This document shows, piece after piece, positions 52,638 to 62,967 of a stretch of DNA of 64,000 bases (positions within the stretch are counted from its first letter, which is position 1; every line of letters begins with the position of its first letter). The stretch comes from Ignavibacteriota bacterium (lineage in GTDB: Bacteria; Bacteroidota; Ignavibacteria; UBA10030), in assembly GCA_963727825.1 (NCBI GenBank), contig CAVSHO010000013.1:1-64000 (forward strand), written 5' to 3'. A program made the position numbers and the translations under genes. The notes under the pieces are model-generated. The model saw only the letters and a program-made list of their open reading frames with translations, was not told the DNA's origin and did not search any database.

Positions 52638-54729
52638 CTACATCATCGCTGTCGGTGGCGCTGGCTCATCTGCCCTGCCTGCTTTTGAAAGCGGAACATA
52701 AATTAAATACAATGCAAGCACTGCAAAGATCGGAATCGCTAACCAGGAAGCAATTGATTCAAATCCTCCGATTATCCAAAATTCTGCTTTACCACCCATT
52801 TGATCTTTGACAAAGACTACTGTTGCAATGAATAGCCCCATCAATGCTTCACCGGCGATTAATCCTGACGCAGATAAGATACCTGCATTTTCAACTCTTG
52901 CTTTTTGAGCATCGTTGTAGCCGCGCTTTGATGCACGTTTATCAACAAACCCGCGAATCAAACCACCGATGAAGATTGCAAATGTAGTTTCAAGTGGAAG
53001 ATACATGCCAACCGAAAACAACATCGGGCTTTTTACTTTTATTAAAATCATCGAAATTCCTAACGCAATACCCACAATAACCAACGGCCAGGCCATTTCG
53101 CCGCCGACGATTCCTTGTGATAAAGCCGCCATAAGCCCGGCTTGCGGTGCCGGAAGATTACTAGAACCAAATCCGCCGGTTAACGGATTGCTTGCTAAAT
53201 CTGAATTGTGAAGAATGTACAATGGAAAGAACATCACAAGTCCGGCAAGCACGACTCCAATAATGTCTCCAATCTGCATTTTCGATGGAGTGCCGCCAAG
53301 AATATGACCAACTTTAAGATCTTGCAGCATCTCTCCCGCAACTGCTGACGACACGCAGACGACAGCCGCAACACCAAGGACGGCGGCAACGCCTTCCTTA
53401 CCGTGGACACCAACAACAACCATGGTCAAAGCGGCAACCACAGTTGTGGCAAGTGTTAATCCGGAAATAGGATTATTAGATGAACCAATCATTCCGACTA
53501 GATTTCCAGAAACAGCTGCAAAGAAGAATCCAGTCACTAACATTACGACAGCAGCAAGAATTGCACCAAGAATCATATTCGTGAAATAAAAATAGAGTCC
53601 AATCATCAGAGCAAAAATAATTATGATACCAAGAATGACAACCTTAAATGATAAATCTTTCTGAGTGCGTTCTGTTGCGGCAGCTGCAGTTGCAGATTTC
53701 CTTACATCAGCAATACCGCGTTTAATGCCGAGAATCAAATTTTTCCGCATTTTCCATAGTGTATAGCATGCACCTACAAGCATTCCGCCAACTGCAATTG
53801 GACGAACAATATAACGATATAAATGCCCAGTAATTGCAGCCCATGCCGCAAGCGAATCTCCATTGCTTGCAACAAGGTACTTATCAATCATTTGTGGACC
53901 GAGGAAGAAAACAAGTAACGGAACAAACAACCCCCACGCTAAAACACCACCGGCAAAGTTTAAAGCGCCAAGTTCGGGTCCGATGATATAGCCGACACCA
54001 ATATAAGCTGGTGTTGCTGCTGGAGCGGAAATTGTGGTTATACCGCCGCCAAGAATTTTTTCAGAGTCGGAGCTTCAATCCAAGTTTCACAAAAGATTCT
54101 TTTAAACGTCCGACCATAACTTGAAAATCATTCGATGAATGAAATATTCCCAAACCATCCATCAGTTTAATGACTGCGCCCACTCCCATCGCTTTGAAAA
54201 GCGAAATCGCTGCATCTGCACCTCGCTGGCCTGCTTTGTGAATTTCCGATGCCGCAACAGATTCTGGAAACGGTAGAGATTGGTCTTCTACCATCACACG
54301 CCTAAGAACCGTTACAAACATTATTCCGAGCACACCGCCAAGAATCATTAATGCTACGGCGGTGAGATATTCCGTGAACATACTTTGCGTCGTGAAATTC
54401 CAAATACGCAAAATAACAAATGCCGGAATAGTAAAAATCGCACCTGCTGCTACCGACTCACCGATGGAGCCAACTGTTCTTGCGAAATTTTCTTCAAGAA
54501 TTGATCCTTTCATTATTTTTAATAGTGCCATACCAATAACTGCAGCTGGATATGTCGCCGCAATTGTCATTCCAGCTTTTAGACCGAGGTATGCATTTGC
54601 AGCGCCCAGAACAACGCACATCACCAATCCTATGAGCAGCGCTCTGATAGTAAATTCTTTCATATTCGTGTTCGACGGAACATACGAAACAAATTTCTTC
54701 CCGCTCACTCCATTATTAACATCTGCCAT
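52638..54729 (-). CDS. OPT/YSL-family oligopeptide transporter (frameshift near 54070)
   Basis: ANAYLGLKAG, FTIPA, LPFPES, GSSNNPISG, QDLKVG..GGTP, APQA, SGLIAGEA. The linking sequence reads GVGYIIGP in the second frame. Confidence 0.9.
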
Positions 54730-54762
54730 ACGTCACTCCTTGTGTTTGAGTTTCTCGATACC

Positions 54763-55663
54763 TCAATGGATAAAAATTGCTTTCGTAATATACCATGCCA
54801 TTTGTGGATTTTCCTGCAACCGGCGTGTCGAATAGGCATACCACTGTTCGCCAAACGGTACATAGATTCTTAAACGATGTCCATCTTTCACTATTTGATC
54901 GCGTCGCTTCTCGCGCACACCTAGAAGCATTTGAAATTCATACTGCTCTTTTTTCAATTCCATTTTATTAATCATTGCATACGCACCATTTATCAAATAA
55001 TCATCGTGCGTAGCAATGCCGACATAGCAACCGCTTTCAAGAATAATTTGCAGAAGTTTTAGATAATTGTCTTGAATTTCTTTTCGTTCTTTATAAGCTA
55101 TCGCTGGCTTTTCATTGTAAATCCCCTTGCACAAACGGATGTTTGCCCCTTCGTTTACTAAGAGCACGGACATCATCTTCGCTCCGATGAAGATACGCTT
55201 GAATGACAACACCTGTGTTGGTCAACCCATCCTTTTTAAGATGTTGATAAATGGCAAGTGTATCGTCGGTTGTTGTGGCATCTTCCATGTCGATCCGGAC
55301 GAAGTTGCCACACTTCTTCGCTTCTTCAATAATCGTCTTTATATTACGATAAGCTAGATCTTTATCAATCTTCAAGCCAAGTTGAGTTGGTTTAATAGAA
55401 ACATTAGATTTTAGATTATTCTCTTTAATTGATTTGACAATTTCAAGAATTTCTTTTTTGACTTCTTCGGTTTCAGCGACATTCTTCACATCTTCACCTA
55501 ACAAATCCATTGTCGCTATCATTGTCTTATTATTGAGCTCTTTGACGAGACGAACACCATCAGACAATGCAACTCCGGCGATATAACGCTTCGCTACCTG
55601 CCCTACAATTGCTTTTGGGATGAACGGAAATGCTGTCGTGATAAGCTTATTCAGTATTGGCAT
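54763..55663 (-). CDS. Monofunctional proline dehydrogenase (frameshift near 55160)
   Basis: RYIAG, DLLGE, SIKPTQLG, RIDMED, QAYL in the first frame; IRLCKG.Y.E, IATHD, EFQMLLG, YVPFG..Y..RRL.E.P in the second. Confidence 0.9.
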
Positions 55664-55717
55664 AACTACTTTATTAGAGCCAAATTTTAATGAAATTCAA
55701 TCAGTCAAATCGCAGTA

Positions 55718-55746
55718 AATATAGGCACACGGGCGCGGAAAAGCAA
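55718..55746 (-). promoter_or_regulatory. Putative sigma70-type promoter of the PRODH-OPT-pepD run
   Basis: TTGCTT-17-TATATT. Confidence 0.45.
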
Positions 55747-55932
55747 GAAAGAACATAGAAATGTATTGCGTTATTTAGAATAAAGGACAAAATTTGCTAT
55801 TGGTTTGTTAAAATTCTGATTGTTTAGTATGAGTAAATTAAGAGATTTTTATGTATGATTTATTACGATAGATTCTGACAACTTCATGAAAATCAAAGTA
55901 AACAGATTCTTAATTAGAAATGGAAAATATGA

Positions 55933-56334
55933 ATGTCTCTTATTGAATGGGACAACGCGTTTTCGGTTGGTAATCAGCAGCTTGACGAACACCACAAAAA
56001 ATTCTTTCATATCATTAATACTCTCCACGATGCATTGAAAAAAGGAGAAGGAGATGGTATTCTTCTATCGGTTTTGAAGGAATTGCAGCAGTATGTTCAG
56101 TATCATTTCAAAGCAGAAGAATCATTAATGAAAATATACGCCTATCCAAATATTTCCAGTCACAAAGCAGAGCATGAAGATGCGATACAAAAAGTGAATA
56201 AATTTATCATCGATTATGAACGGCACGACGATAAGCTTTCAATTGATGTACTGAAATTCTTAAGCAATTGGCTTCAGAACCATATTCTTCGAACCGATAG
56301 AGAATATATCCCATATCTGAATAAAAAAATTTAG
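55933..56334 (+). CDS. Single-domain bacteriohemerythrin
   Basis: W...SVG..LD.HH, HF.AEE.LM, H..EH, WL..HI...D di-iron ligands. Confidence 0.93.
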   Translation: MSLIEWDNAFSVGNQQLDEHHKKFFHIINTLHDALKKGEGDGILLSVLKELQQYVQYHFKAEESLMKIYAYPNISSHKAEHEDAIQKVNKFIIDYERHDDKLSIDVLKFLSNWLQNHILRTDREYIPYLNKKI

Positions 56335-56343
56335 AGAATTAAT

Positions 56344-56962
56344 ATGACAACACTGAAATCATTACGAGTCCTGATTGTGGACGATCAGGAGTCTGTTAGA
56401 GAACTTATACGACGCCAATTGGAGAAAATCGGACACAAAGTCGTAGGTAAAGCATCCAATGGCCTGCAAGCAATCGAACTCACTGAATCCTTGCTTCCGG
56501 ATGTTGTGCTCATGGATATAGAGATGCCAAAGATGGACGGCCTGGAAGCTACCAGAAAAATAATGGATAAATATCCACGACCTGTTGTTTTGCTCACATC
56601 ACATGAAGATCCGGAAATGGTTCAGGCGGGCGAGTCAAGCTGGTGCTGGGGCTTATCTGTTAAAACCGCCAAGTTCAGATGAAATTGAACGGACAATGAT
56701 CATCGCAGCTGCGCGTTTTGCAGACCTCATGGAATTACGCCGGCTCAATTCAGAATTAAAAGAGGCATTGGAAAACGTTAAAGTATTAAGTGGCTTACTC
56801 CCTATCTGTGCCAATTGTAAAAGCATTCGTAATGATAGAGGTTATTGGGAAGCTGTAGAAGAATACATAACGGAAAAGACCGAGGTGCACTTTTCGCATA
56901 GTCTGTGTCCAGCATGCATAGACAAGCTATATCCGGACTATAAACCCAAGAAAATCCAATAA
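56344..56962 (+). CDS. Response regulator: receiver + coiled coil + CxxC...CxxC domain (frameshift near 56624)
   Basis: LIVDD, LMDIEMP, LLTS, then AGAGAYLLKP in the next frame; tail LPICANCKSIR..GYW..FSHSLCPAC. Confidence 0.85.
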
Positions 56963-57041
56963 ACGAATTTCATAGGTAATCCTGCTAAGAGAAATTGACA
57001 CGCAATTAAACAACCGCATTCGGTTTATGAAATTTCATTTC

Positions 57042-58412
57042 CTAATGCTTATACAGTAAAAGATACTCAGCACTCCAATAATTAAATTTTTTCAGCACTT
57101 TTATTGTTGTATCCTGCAGCATCATTTCTTTTGTCAATTCAGTTTGATAGAAAATAGAATTTGACGAGAAAGGATCCCAAAAGATAAGACATTCCGGATA
57201 CTTCTTAAGTGTTTCCTTATTGAACAGCGCATAATGAACACCACCAGCCGGCGATACATCCATAATATATGCTACAATACAATTATTGCTGAGCACAGTC
57301 AGATCCGGATATTCATTTCTCATTTCTTTTGTTAGAGTAATCGCAACCTTGTTATAATTTGCCCAAAGCCGAGGATGAGTCGTCAATGTGCAGTTGAATA
57401 CGACCACACCGAAGACGAGAATAGAAAATGCAAATTTTCCGCGTGATGGTCTTATTCTTTCCAGCATCTCCGAGAAACCATACACTGACACAATTCCAAA
57501 GAATGGCCCTACGACTACAATATACCGCAGCTCGCCTATGCTTGCTGTCCAATGAAATATCTCTGCTCCGGCAATTGTGTGAAGGATAATGGTCATTGCA
57601 ATTGCAGCATAAATAATTCCAAACTCGGCGCTCCTCTTTTCCCGTGCTATAAATATGACACCTGCAATGAAAAGAATCAGTTGTGCAAACCCGAATGTTG
57701 TTTGCAAATTTGCTATATAATGCGTTAAAGAGACACCGGGAATAAACTTCCCTAAATCCGTAAAATGTTTCCACTCCTTGAAGAATGTCAGGATATTTCC
57801 TGATATGATCGTCGTCGATCCAATCCAGAGCAATGGTCCTATCAGTAAGAGAGGTAGTATTTTCCACTCGCGTTTGTGAGTATAAATTATGAACATCAAA
57901 CCTGCAAAAATGTACATTTCACTCCGGCATAATATTACTGCAGAAGCTAATGCCAGGCTCCATCCGTGTTTTCCCTTCAAGTGATAGTAGTATGAGAGCG
58001 AAATCATAAAAGCAGTTGGCATTTCTGTCATGCATGCATACGAAAGATCAAAGAGGATCGGTTGAAGACCGACAAGAATAACGATCCACTCAGCATGCTT
58101 TATTCCATGCAGCACCGCAATCCTATATGTAATTAGGAGAAGGCAAATGAAAAGTCCAGCAGCAAAGAACATTGTAAACGTATGTCCAAGCTGTGCCGGA
58201 AGGGCAAAAAGCCATTGCGGTATCGGCCTGTGCCAGGTTTGTACCGTTAAAGGCAGCGCCTGAAGCACAAATCTACTGTAAAGGTAATGCGCTAATTCGT
58301 CGATATAATAAAATCCGTCCGATTTTAGGATCCAAATGGATTCTATGACAGCAACCACGGTAAGGAAAAAAATTAAAAGCGGTTTTTTCAATAGATTTTT
58401 TATGACATTCAT
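57042..58412 (-). CDS. Integral membrane GT-C-fold glycosyltransferase-like protein
   Basis: DE after the first TM helix, MTE motif, R.E and RY motifs, about 11 TM helices, soluble C-terminal tail. Confidence 0.6.
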   Translation of the reverse strand: MNVIKNLLKKPLLIFFLTVVAVIESIWILKSDGFYYIDELAHYLYSRFVLQALPLTVQTWHRPIPQWLFALPAQLGHTFTMFFAAGLFICLLLITYRIAVLHGIKHAEWIVILVGLQPILFDLSYACMTEMPTAFMISLSYYYHLKGKHGWSLALASAVILCRSEMYIFAGLMFIIYTHKREWKILPLLLIGPLLWIGSTTIISGNILTFFKEWKHFTDLGKFIPGVSLTHYIANLQTTFGFAQLILFIAGVIFIAREKRSAEFGIIYAAIAMTIILHTIAGAEIFHWTASIGELRYIVVVGPFFGIVSVYGFSEMLERIRPSRGKFAFSILVFGVVVFNCTLTTHPRLWANYNKVAITLTKEMRNEYPDLTVLSNNCIVAYIMDVSPAGGVHYALFNKETLKKYPECLIFWDPFSSNSIFYQTELTKEMMLQDTTIKVLKKFNYWSAEYLLLYKH

Positions 58413-58510
58413 ATTATTTATTGATGTTACGTAGATAGTCCGTATTTATCATAATGAAAAATTGCTAAATACACCTTCCCTTTTTAAGTATATCTAGAAA
58501 GTGAATAAAA

Positions 58511-58778
58511 AAGTTACGCTGAGCTTGCCTGAGTGCCTTCGGCTGGGAGGCAGGAAAGAGTCTTATTTGGGATTTATATTCTTCTCCCGGCTCTATCGGG
58601 ACCAGAATTATAAAACCTTTTTAAAAATTAATAGAAGATAATTTCCTTTCACCATTAGTGCTGTCAGACCTTACGTCCTGACAGATTCTATAGGAATGTC
58701 GGGAATCCCGCTTTGCCTGCCCGTAGCAGGCGGGCGGGACCGACCAATTGTCGTTTTTCAATTCATGCGTAACGTGAG
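58511..58778. repeat. Cluster of nested REP-like palindromes, possibly a MITE remnant
   Basis: Four hairpins bounded by the inverted pair GTTACGC (58513) / GCGTAAC (58767). Confidence 0.55.
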
Positions 58779-58789
58779 TTAGTAATAAT

Positions 58790-59440
58790 TCAAAATGCTC
58801 GTGTATAAAAGTCTTCCTTTTCGTTCGTATGAATCCTTAGAACTCCGGCACGTACAAGTTGTATGAGTGAGCGCGACGCGCGTCGATCGGAGATATTCAC
58901 AAGTTTTGAAAATTGCTTCATTGTAATGCGTTCGTTTTCGTCTAGGTATTCAAAGAGACGCCGTTCTGAATCTCCTATTGCTATGCGTAATGGCGGAGCG
59001 TTTGGATTTTCAGCCTGAAGTATGTGTACCACTTCTTTGCTTGCTTCAACGGTTTTATCATTCACACGAATATAGACTCGTGTTCCGCCGTTCTTTCCTT
59101 CGTCATCGACATTAAGGTAATGCGGTTTCTGATCGCTTTCTTCCACAGTAACAACAACCACATCTCTGCCTTTGTATGGAACAGTGTCAATGTGCGGCTC
59201 GATCGGAGGATCACAGTAGTAACTTGCCGCCGTCCGAATCATTTCCATTTCTTCCTTCTCGCTGCCGACTCCGACAATAGTCCGATCATCATCGACTCCG
59301 AAGAGCACTATACCACCTTTGGTGTTTGCAAACGACATTAAAGTCTTCGCCACTTTGATAGGTGTAGAAACTTTACGCTTGAACTCCAATTCGAAACCTT
59401 CGCCTTCTTCGATCAACAGTTTTAAGTCATTTAGTTTCAT
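58790..59440 (-). CDS. AlbA_2 (Schlafen-like) domain + winged-HTH protein
   Basis: EGEG..LEFK, SFANTKGG.VLFGVDD, YIRV.D, C-terminal HTH. Confidence 0.85.
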   Translation of the reverse strand: MKLNDLKLLIEEGEGFELEFKRKVSTPIKVAKTLMSFANTKGGIVLFGVDDDRTIVGVGSEKEEMEMIRTAASYYCDPPIEPHIDTVPYKGRDVVVVTVEESDQKPHYLNVDDEGKNGGTRVYIRVNDKTVEASKEVVHILQAENPNAPPLRIAIGDSERRLFEYLDENERITMKQFSKLVNISDRRASRSLIQLVRAGVLRIHTNEKEDFYTRAF

Positions 59441-59452
59441 AACTAGATCTAT

Positions 59453-60220
59453 CTACATTCCACGCGCATCCATGCGTTCAAGTATCAGTTTGGATCGTCG
59501 CAACACGTACTTTGAATCCACATCAGCACGATGTTTGCGCGGGCTTGGAATAATCGCCGCAAGCCTTGCACATTCCTCGCGATTTAAATTCGATGTTGAT
59601 TTATCAAAATAGTAGTGCGATGCTGCTTCAATGCCATACACACCGTCGCCCCATTCAATCACATTAAAATAGATTTCGAGAATGCGCGATTTGCTTAATT
59701 GTGTTTCCATGTACCAAGTCAGAATCCATTCCTTTAATTTTCGTAACGGATTTTTTGATGATGAAAGATATAAATTTTTCACTAATTGCTGTGTTATAGT
59801 ACTTGCGCCTCGTGCCGCCCGCCCTTCTTCAAAATTTCTTTCGATTGATTCTCTAAATTCGAACCAATCGAATCCGTTATTCGACCAGAATGTTCCATCT
59901 TCCGAAACAATCACAGCATCAATTGCATCCTGAGGAATCGCCCGAAGTGATATCCAATATTGAATCTTATGGAATTTACGATTCTCTTTATTTGCAATTG
60001 CTGCTTGTTCGCGCATAAATGCCGTCTCACCTGCATTTTTCGTCTTCAATTGTCTAATATTGTCATACGGTAAAAGTAGAATTTGAAAAATAATAATTAC
60101 AAAGAAAGAGATGAATAGTGATTTGAGAGGATTGCGTTTGATAAGCTGGGCAAAATTCATTACTGCAGGATATTTGCGGAATATCGAACGAGACTTGTGT
60201 TGTCGGATTCCTTCTTCCAT
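59453..60220 (-). CDS. mtgA: Monofunctional peptidoglycan transglycosylase (GT51)
   Basis: SED..F..GFD, RGASTITQQLVKN, RK.KE, K.RILEIY.N..EWG. Confidence 0.92.
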   Translation of the reverse strand: MEEGIRQHKSRSIFRKYPAVMNFAQLIKRNPLKSLFISFFVIIIFQILLLPYDNIRQLKTKNAGETAFMREQAAIANKENRKFHKIQYWISLRAIPQDAIDAVIVSEDGTFWSNNGFDWFEFRESIERNFEEGRAARGASTITQQLVKNLYLSSSKNPLRKLKEWILTWYMETQLSKSRILEIYFNVIEWGDGVYGIEAASHYYFDKSTSNLNREECARLAAIIPSPRKHRADVDSKYVLRRSKLILERMDARGM

Positions 60221-60222
60221 GG

Positions 60223-60672
60223 TTATATAGAATGTGAATGTTTTGCATTATCTAAAAATCCTTGCAGAATAATTGCTGCTGCCATAGAGTCTATGCGGCC
60301 ATCTTTCTTCTGCCTTTCTTTTTTCTTCGTCCCCATTACAAGCATTGTCTGATGTGCGATTGTGGTCGTAAAACGCTCATCCCATACTACAACCGGAATA
60401 TCGAGTTTCGCTTTTAAAAGCTCAATAAATATTTGCACTTCATTTGCTTTTTGCGCGTATTGTCCTTTTAAATTGAAAGGCATGCCGACTACAATCAATT
60501 TCACATTTTCGCGGACAGATAATTGTTTAAGATGGCTAAACAGCGACGAATCGTTTTTCAGCATTTCAATCGGTTGAGCAATAATACCAAGCGGATCACT
60601 CAATGATAACCCGACACGATGCGAGCCGTAATCAATTCCAAGAACGCGCTGGTACGTTTTAGTTGCCTCCAC
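60223..60672 (-). CDS. ruvX: YqgF/RuvX nuclease
   Basis: LGIDYG..RVG..SD, VVGMP, WDERFTT, DSMAA.IILQ. Confidence 0.93.
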   Translation of the reverse strand: MEATKTYQRVLGIDYGSHRVGLSLSDPLGIIAQPIEMLKNDSSLFSHLKQLSVRENVKLIVVGMPFNLKGQYAQKANEVQIFIELLKAKLDIPVVVWDERFTTTIAHQTMLVMGTKKKERQKKDGRIDSMAAAIILQGFLDNAKHSHSI

Positions 60673-60676
60673 GATG

Positions 60677-62869
60677 CTAATCCCCTTTTCCTGAGAATCG
60701 TTCTACGCTCTCGATGCCCGGAATATTTTTGATCTTTTCAATAATGCGCGCAAGATGCTCGGTATCTTTTACAAAAAGGATAAATTTTCCGTCAAAAAGA
60801 GATCCGTGTGAATCAACATTAACAGAGCGAATATTTGTATTTTGGTGGGTGGAGATAGCATGTGTGATGTCGCTCAGTAATCCGGGGCGATCTCCACCGC
60901 CTATGTGAATTCCTGTAATAAAGTCTGCATTGTGTTCTGAAGGCCAGCCGACTTCGACTATGCGCTCGCTTTCTGCAAGTCGGAGCGTGAGAACATTTTT
61001 GCAATCTTTTCGATGAATCTTAATACCTTCGCCTGTTGTCACAAAACCGACAATAGCATCGCCGGGAATCGGATTGCAGCATTTTGCGTATTGATGTAAA
61101 AAATTGTCATTCACACCAAGAACGGAAATGCCGCTTGTAAGATCGCGCGCTGTGTTAATAAACTTTGAAAATAGAGAATCTGAATTCGGTGTTTGCGCTG
61201 CGTCTTCTCCAGTCAGATGTTTTGACCAAATAACATATTGCTCTATCAATGTGTCAACATCAATTTTTTGGCTGACTATCGCAAAATAGAATTCTTGGAC
61301 ATCTCCATATTTTAAACTATGAATGAATTTTTCGAGTTCTTCTTTGCTGATAGTTATCTTACGGCGTTTGATCTTTTTCTCCCAAATATCTTTCCCTTCG
61401 TCGGCAAGCTTCCGGGATTCCTCGCGAATAAACCTTCGAATATGCGCTTTTGCTTTATGCGTTACCGCAAATTGTTCCCATCCAGCACTTGGTGTTTGGT
61501 TCTTCGAGGTAATAATCTCAACCTGATCACCGCTTCGTAATATTGTGTTAAGTGGAACAATGCGTCCATTCACTTTAGCGCCAATACAATGATATCCGAC
61601 GTTCGAATGTATTTCAAATGCAAAATCAATCGGAGTCGAATTTTGCGGCATTATTTTAAGGTCGCCCTTCGGCGTGAAAACATAGATTTCATCTTGATAG
61701 AGATTGAGCTTAAAACTCTCCATCAATTCTTTTGGAGTTTCATCGCTTTTCTGTTCAAATATTTCGCGAACCCAGTTAATCCAGCCCTCAAGTTCCTTAT
61801 CAAGCGACGAATTGTTCTCTTTGTAAATCCAGTGTGCTGCAACACCGCGCTCAGCTACTTCGTGCATCGCCCTCGTACGAATTTGCACTTCTACCATTTT
61901 GCCATCGGGACCAATCACAGTTGTGTGGATTGATTGGTAACCATTTTTCTTAGGAACTGAAATGTAATCTTTAAATCGTTCCGGAATTGGTTTGTATATT
62001 TCCGTTACTATGCTATAAGCTATAAAGCATTCGCTGTTATCTTTCGTATCTATGATGATGCGTACAGCAAAGAGATCATAAATTTCTTCTAACGGTTTGT
62101 TGCGTTTCAGCATTTTATTGTAGATGCTGAAAATATGTTTCGCCCTGCCGGCAACTTCATAATTCAATTTTTCTTCAACGAGCCGCTTTTTGATAGGTTG
62201 AATAAACCGATTGATGTAATGTTCGCGCTCACGCCGCTTAGAACGCAGCTGCCGCGATATTTTTTCATATTCCTGGACGTGCAAATGCTTAAAAGATAAA
62301 TCCTCTAACTCCCATTTGATTTGTGCTAACCCAAATCGGTGCGCGAACGGTGCATAAATGTCGAGAGTTTCTTTTGCAAGACGCAGACGCTTTTCAGGCG
62401 GAAGATACTCAAGCGTGCGCATATTATGAAGGCGGTCTGCAAATTTCACAAGCATCACGCGAATATCACCTACCATTGAAAGCAGCAGCTTACGATAACT
62501 TTCCGCTTGGGTTACTTCATGGCTTTCGAAGATGTCTGTAATTTTTGTGATACCATCTACAATATCTGCTACAGCATCGCCGAATTCTGCGCGTATATCT
62601 TTCAACTCGAAATCCGTGTCTTCCACTACGTCGTGCAAAAGTGCACTCGCAATGGATACATCATCCAATGCAATTTCCTTTGCAACAATCATTGCAACTT
62701 CAAATGGATGTATAAAATATGGCTCTCCGGAAGCACGTAAATTGTTCTTGTGCGCTTCAAGACTCAGAAGGAATGCTCGTGTGATCAGATCTTCGTCGAC
62801 CGAACGCAGATTCTTCCGGCAGATAGCAAGAAGATCGTTGAGTTTCTTTTGATATATACTGTCTATCAT
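60677..62869 (-). CDS. relA: Bifunctional (p)ppGpp synthetase/hydrolase (long RSH)
   Basis: R.SGEPY..HP, HDVVED, ADRLHNMRT, YQSIH, EVQIRT, TGS domain, CCNP..H..C, ACT domain. Confidence 0.96.
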   Translation of the reverse strand: MIDSIYQKKLNDLLAICRKNLRSVDEDLITRAFLLSLEAHKNNLRASGEPYFIHPFEVAMIVAKEIALDDVSIASALLHDVVEDTDFELKDIRAEFGDAVADIVDGITKITDIFESHEVTQAESYRKLLLSMVGDIRVMLVKFADRLHNMRTLEYLPPEKRLRLAKETLDIYAPFAHRFGLAQIKWELEDLSFKHLHVQEYEKISRQLRSKRREREHYINRFIQPIKKRLVEEKLNYEVAGRAKHIFSIYNKMLKRNKPLEEIYDLFAVRIIIDTKDNSECFIAYSIVTEIYKPIPERFKDYISVPKKNGYQSIHTTVIGPDGKMVEVQIRTRAMHEVAERGVAAHWIYKENNSSLDKELEGWINWVREIFEQKSDETPKELMESFKLNLYQDEIYVFTPKGDLKIMPQNSTPIDFAFEIHSNVGYHCIGAKVNGRIVPLNTILRSGDQVEIITSKNQTPSAGWEQFAVTHKAKAHIRRFIREESRKLADEGKDIWEKKIKRRKITISKEELEKFIHSLKYGDVQEFYFAIVSQKIDVDTLIEQYVIWSKHLTGEDAAQTPNSDSLFSKFINTARDLTSGISVLGVNDNFLHQYAKCCNPIPGDAIVGFVTTGEGIKIHRKDCKNVLTLRLAESERIVEVGWPSEHNADFITGIHIGGGDRPGLLSDITHAISTHQNTNIRSVNVDSHGSLFDGKFILFVKDTEHLARIIEKIKNIPGIESVERFSGKGD

Positions 62870-62891
62870 TATGAACTCTGAAATACAAAAG

Positions 62892-62919
62892 AATATACGG
62901 ATTCCCTACCGAATGTCAA
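62892..62919 (-). promoter_or_regulatory. Putative promoter of the rel operon
   Basis: TTGACA-16-TATATT. Confidence 0.5.
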
Positions 62920-62967
62920 GCCACATCAATTACATTCGTGCCAATACTCATCAAGTTAAATTTCAGT

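Noticed and set aside
58790-59440. Anti-phage defence island
   Set aside because: A single AlbA_2 gene inside a housekeeping operon, with no other defence or mobility genes.
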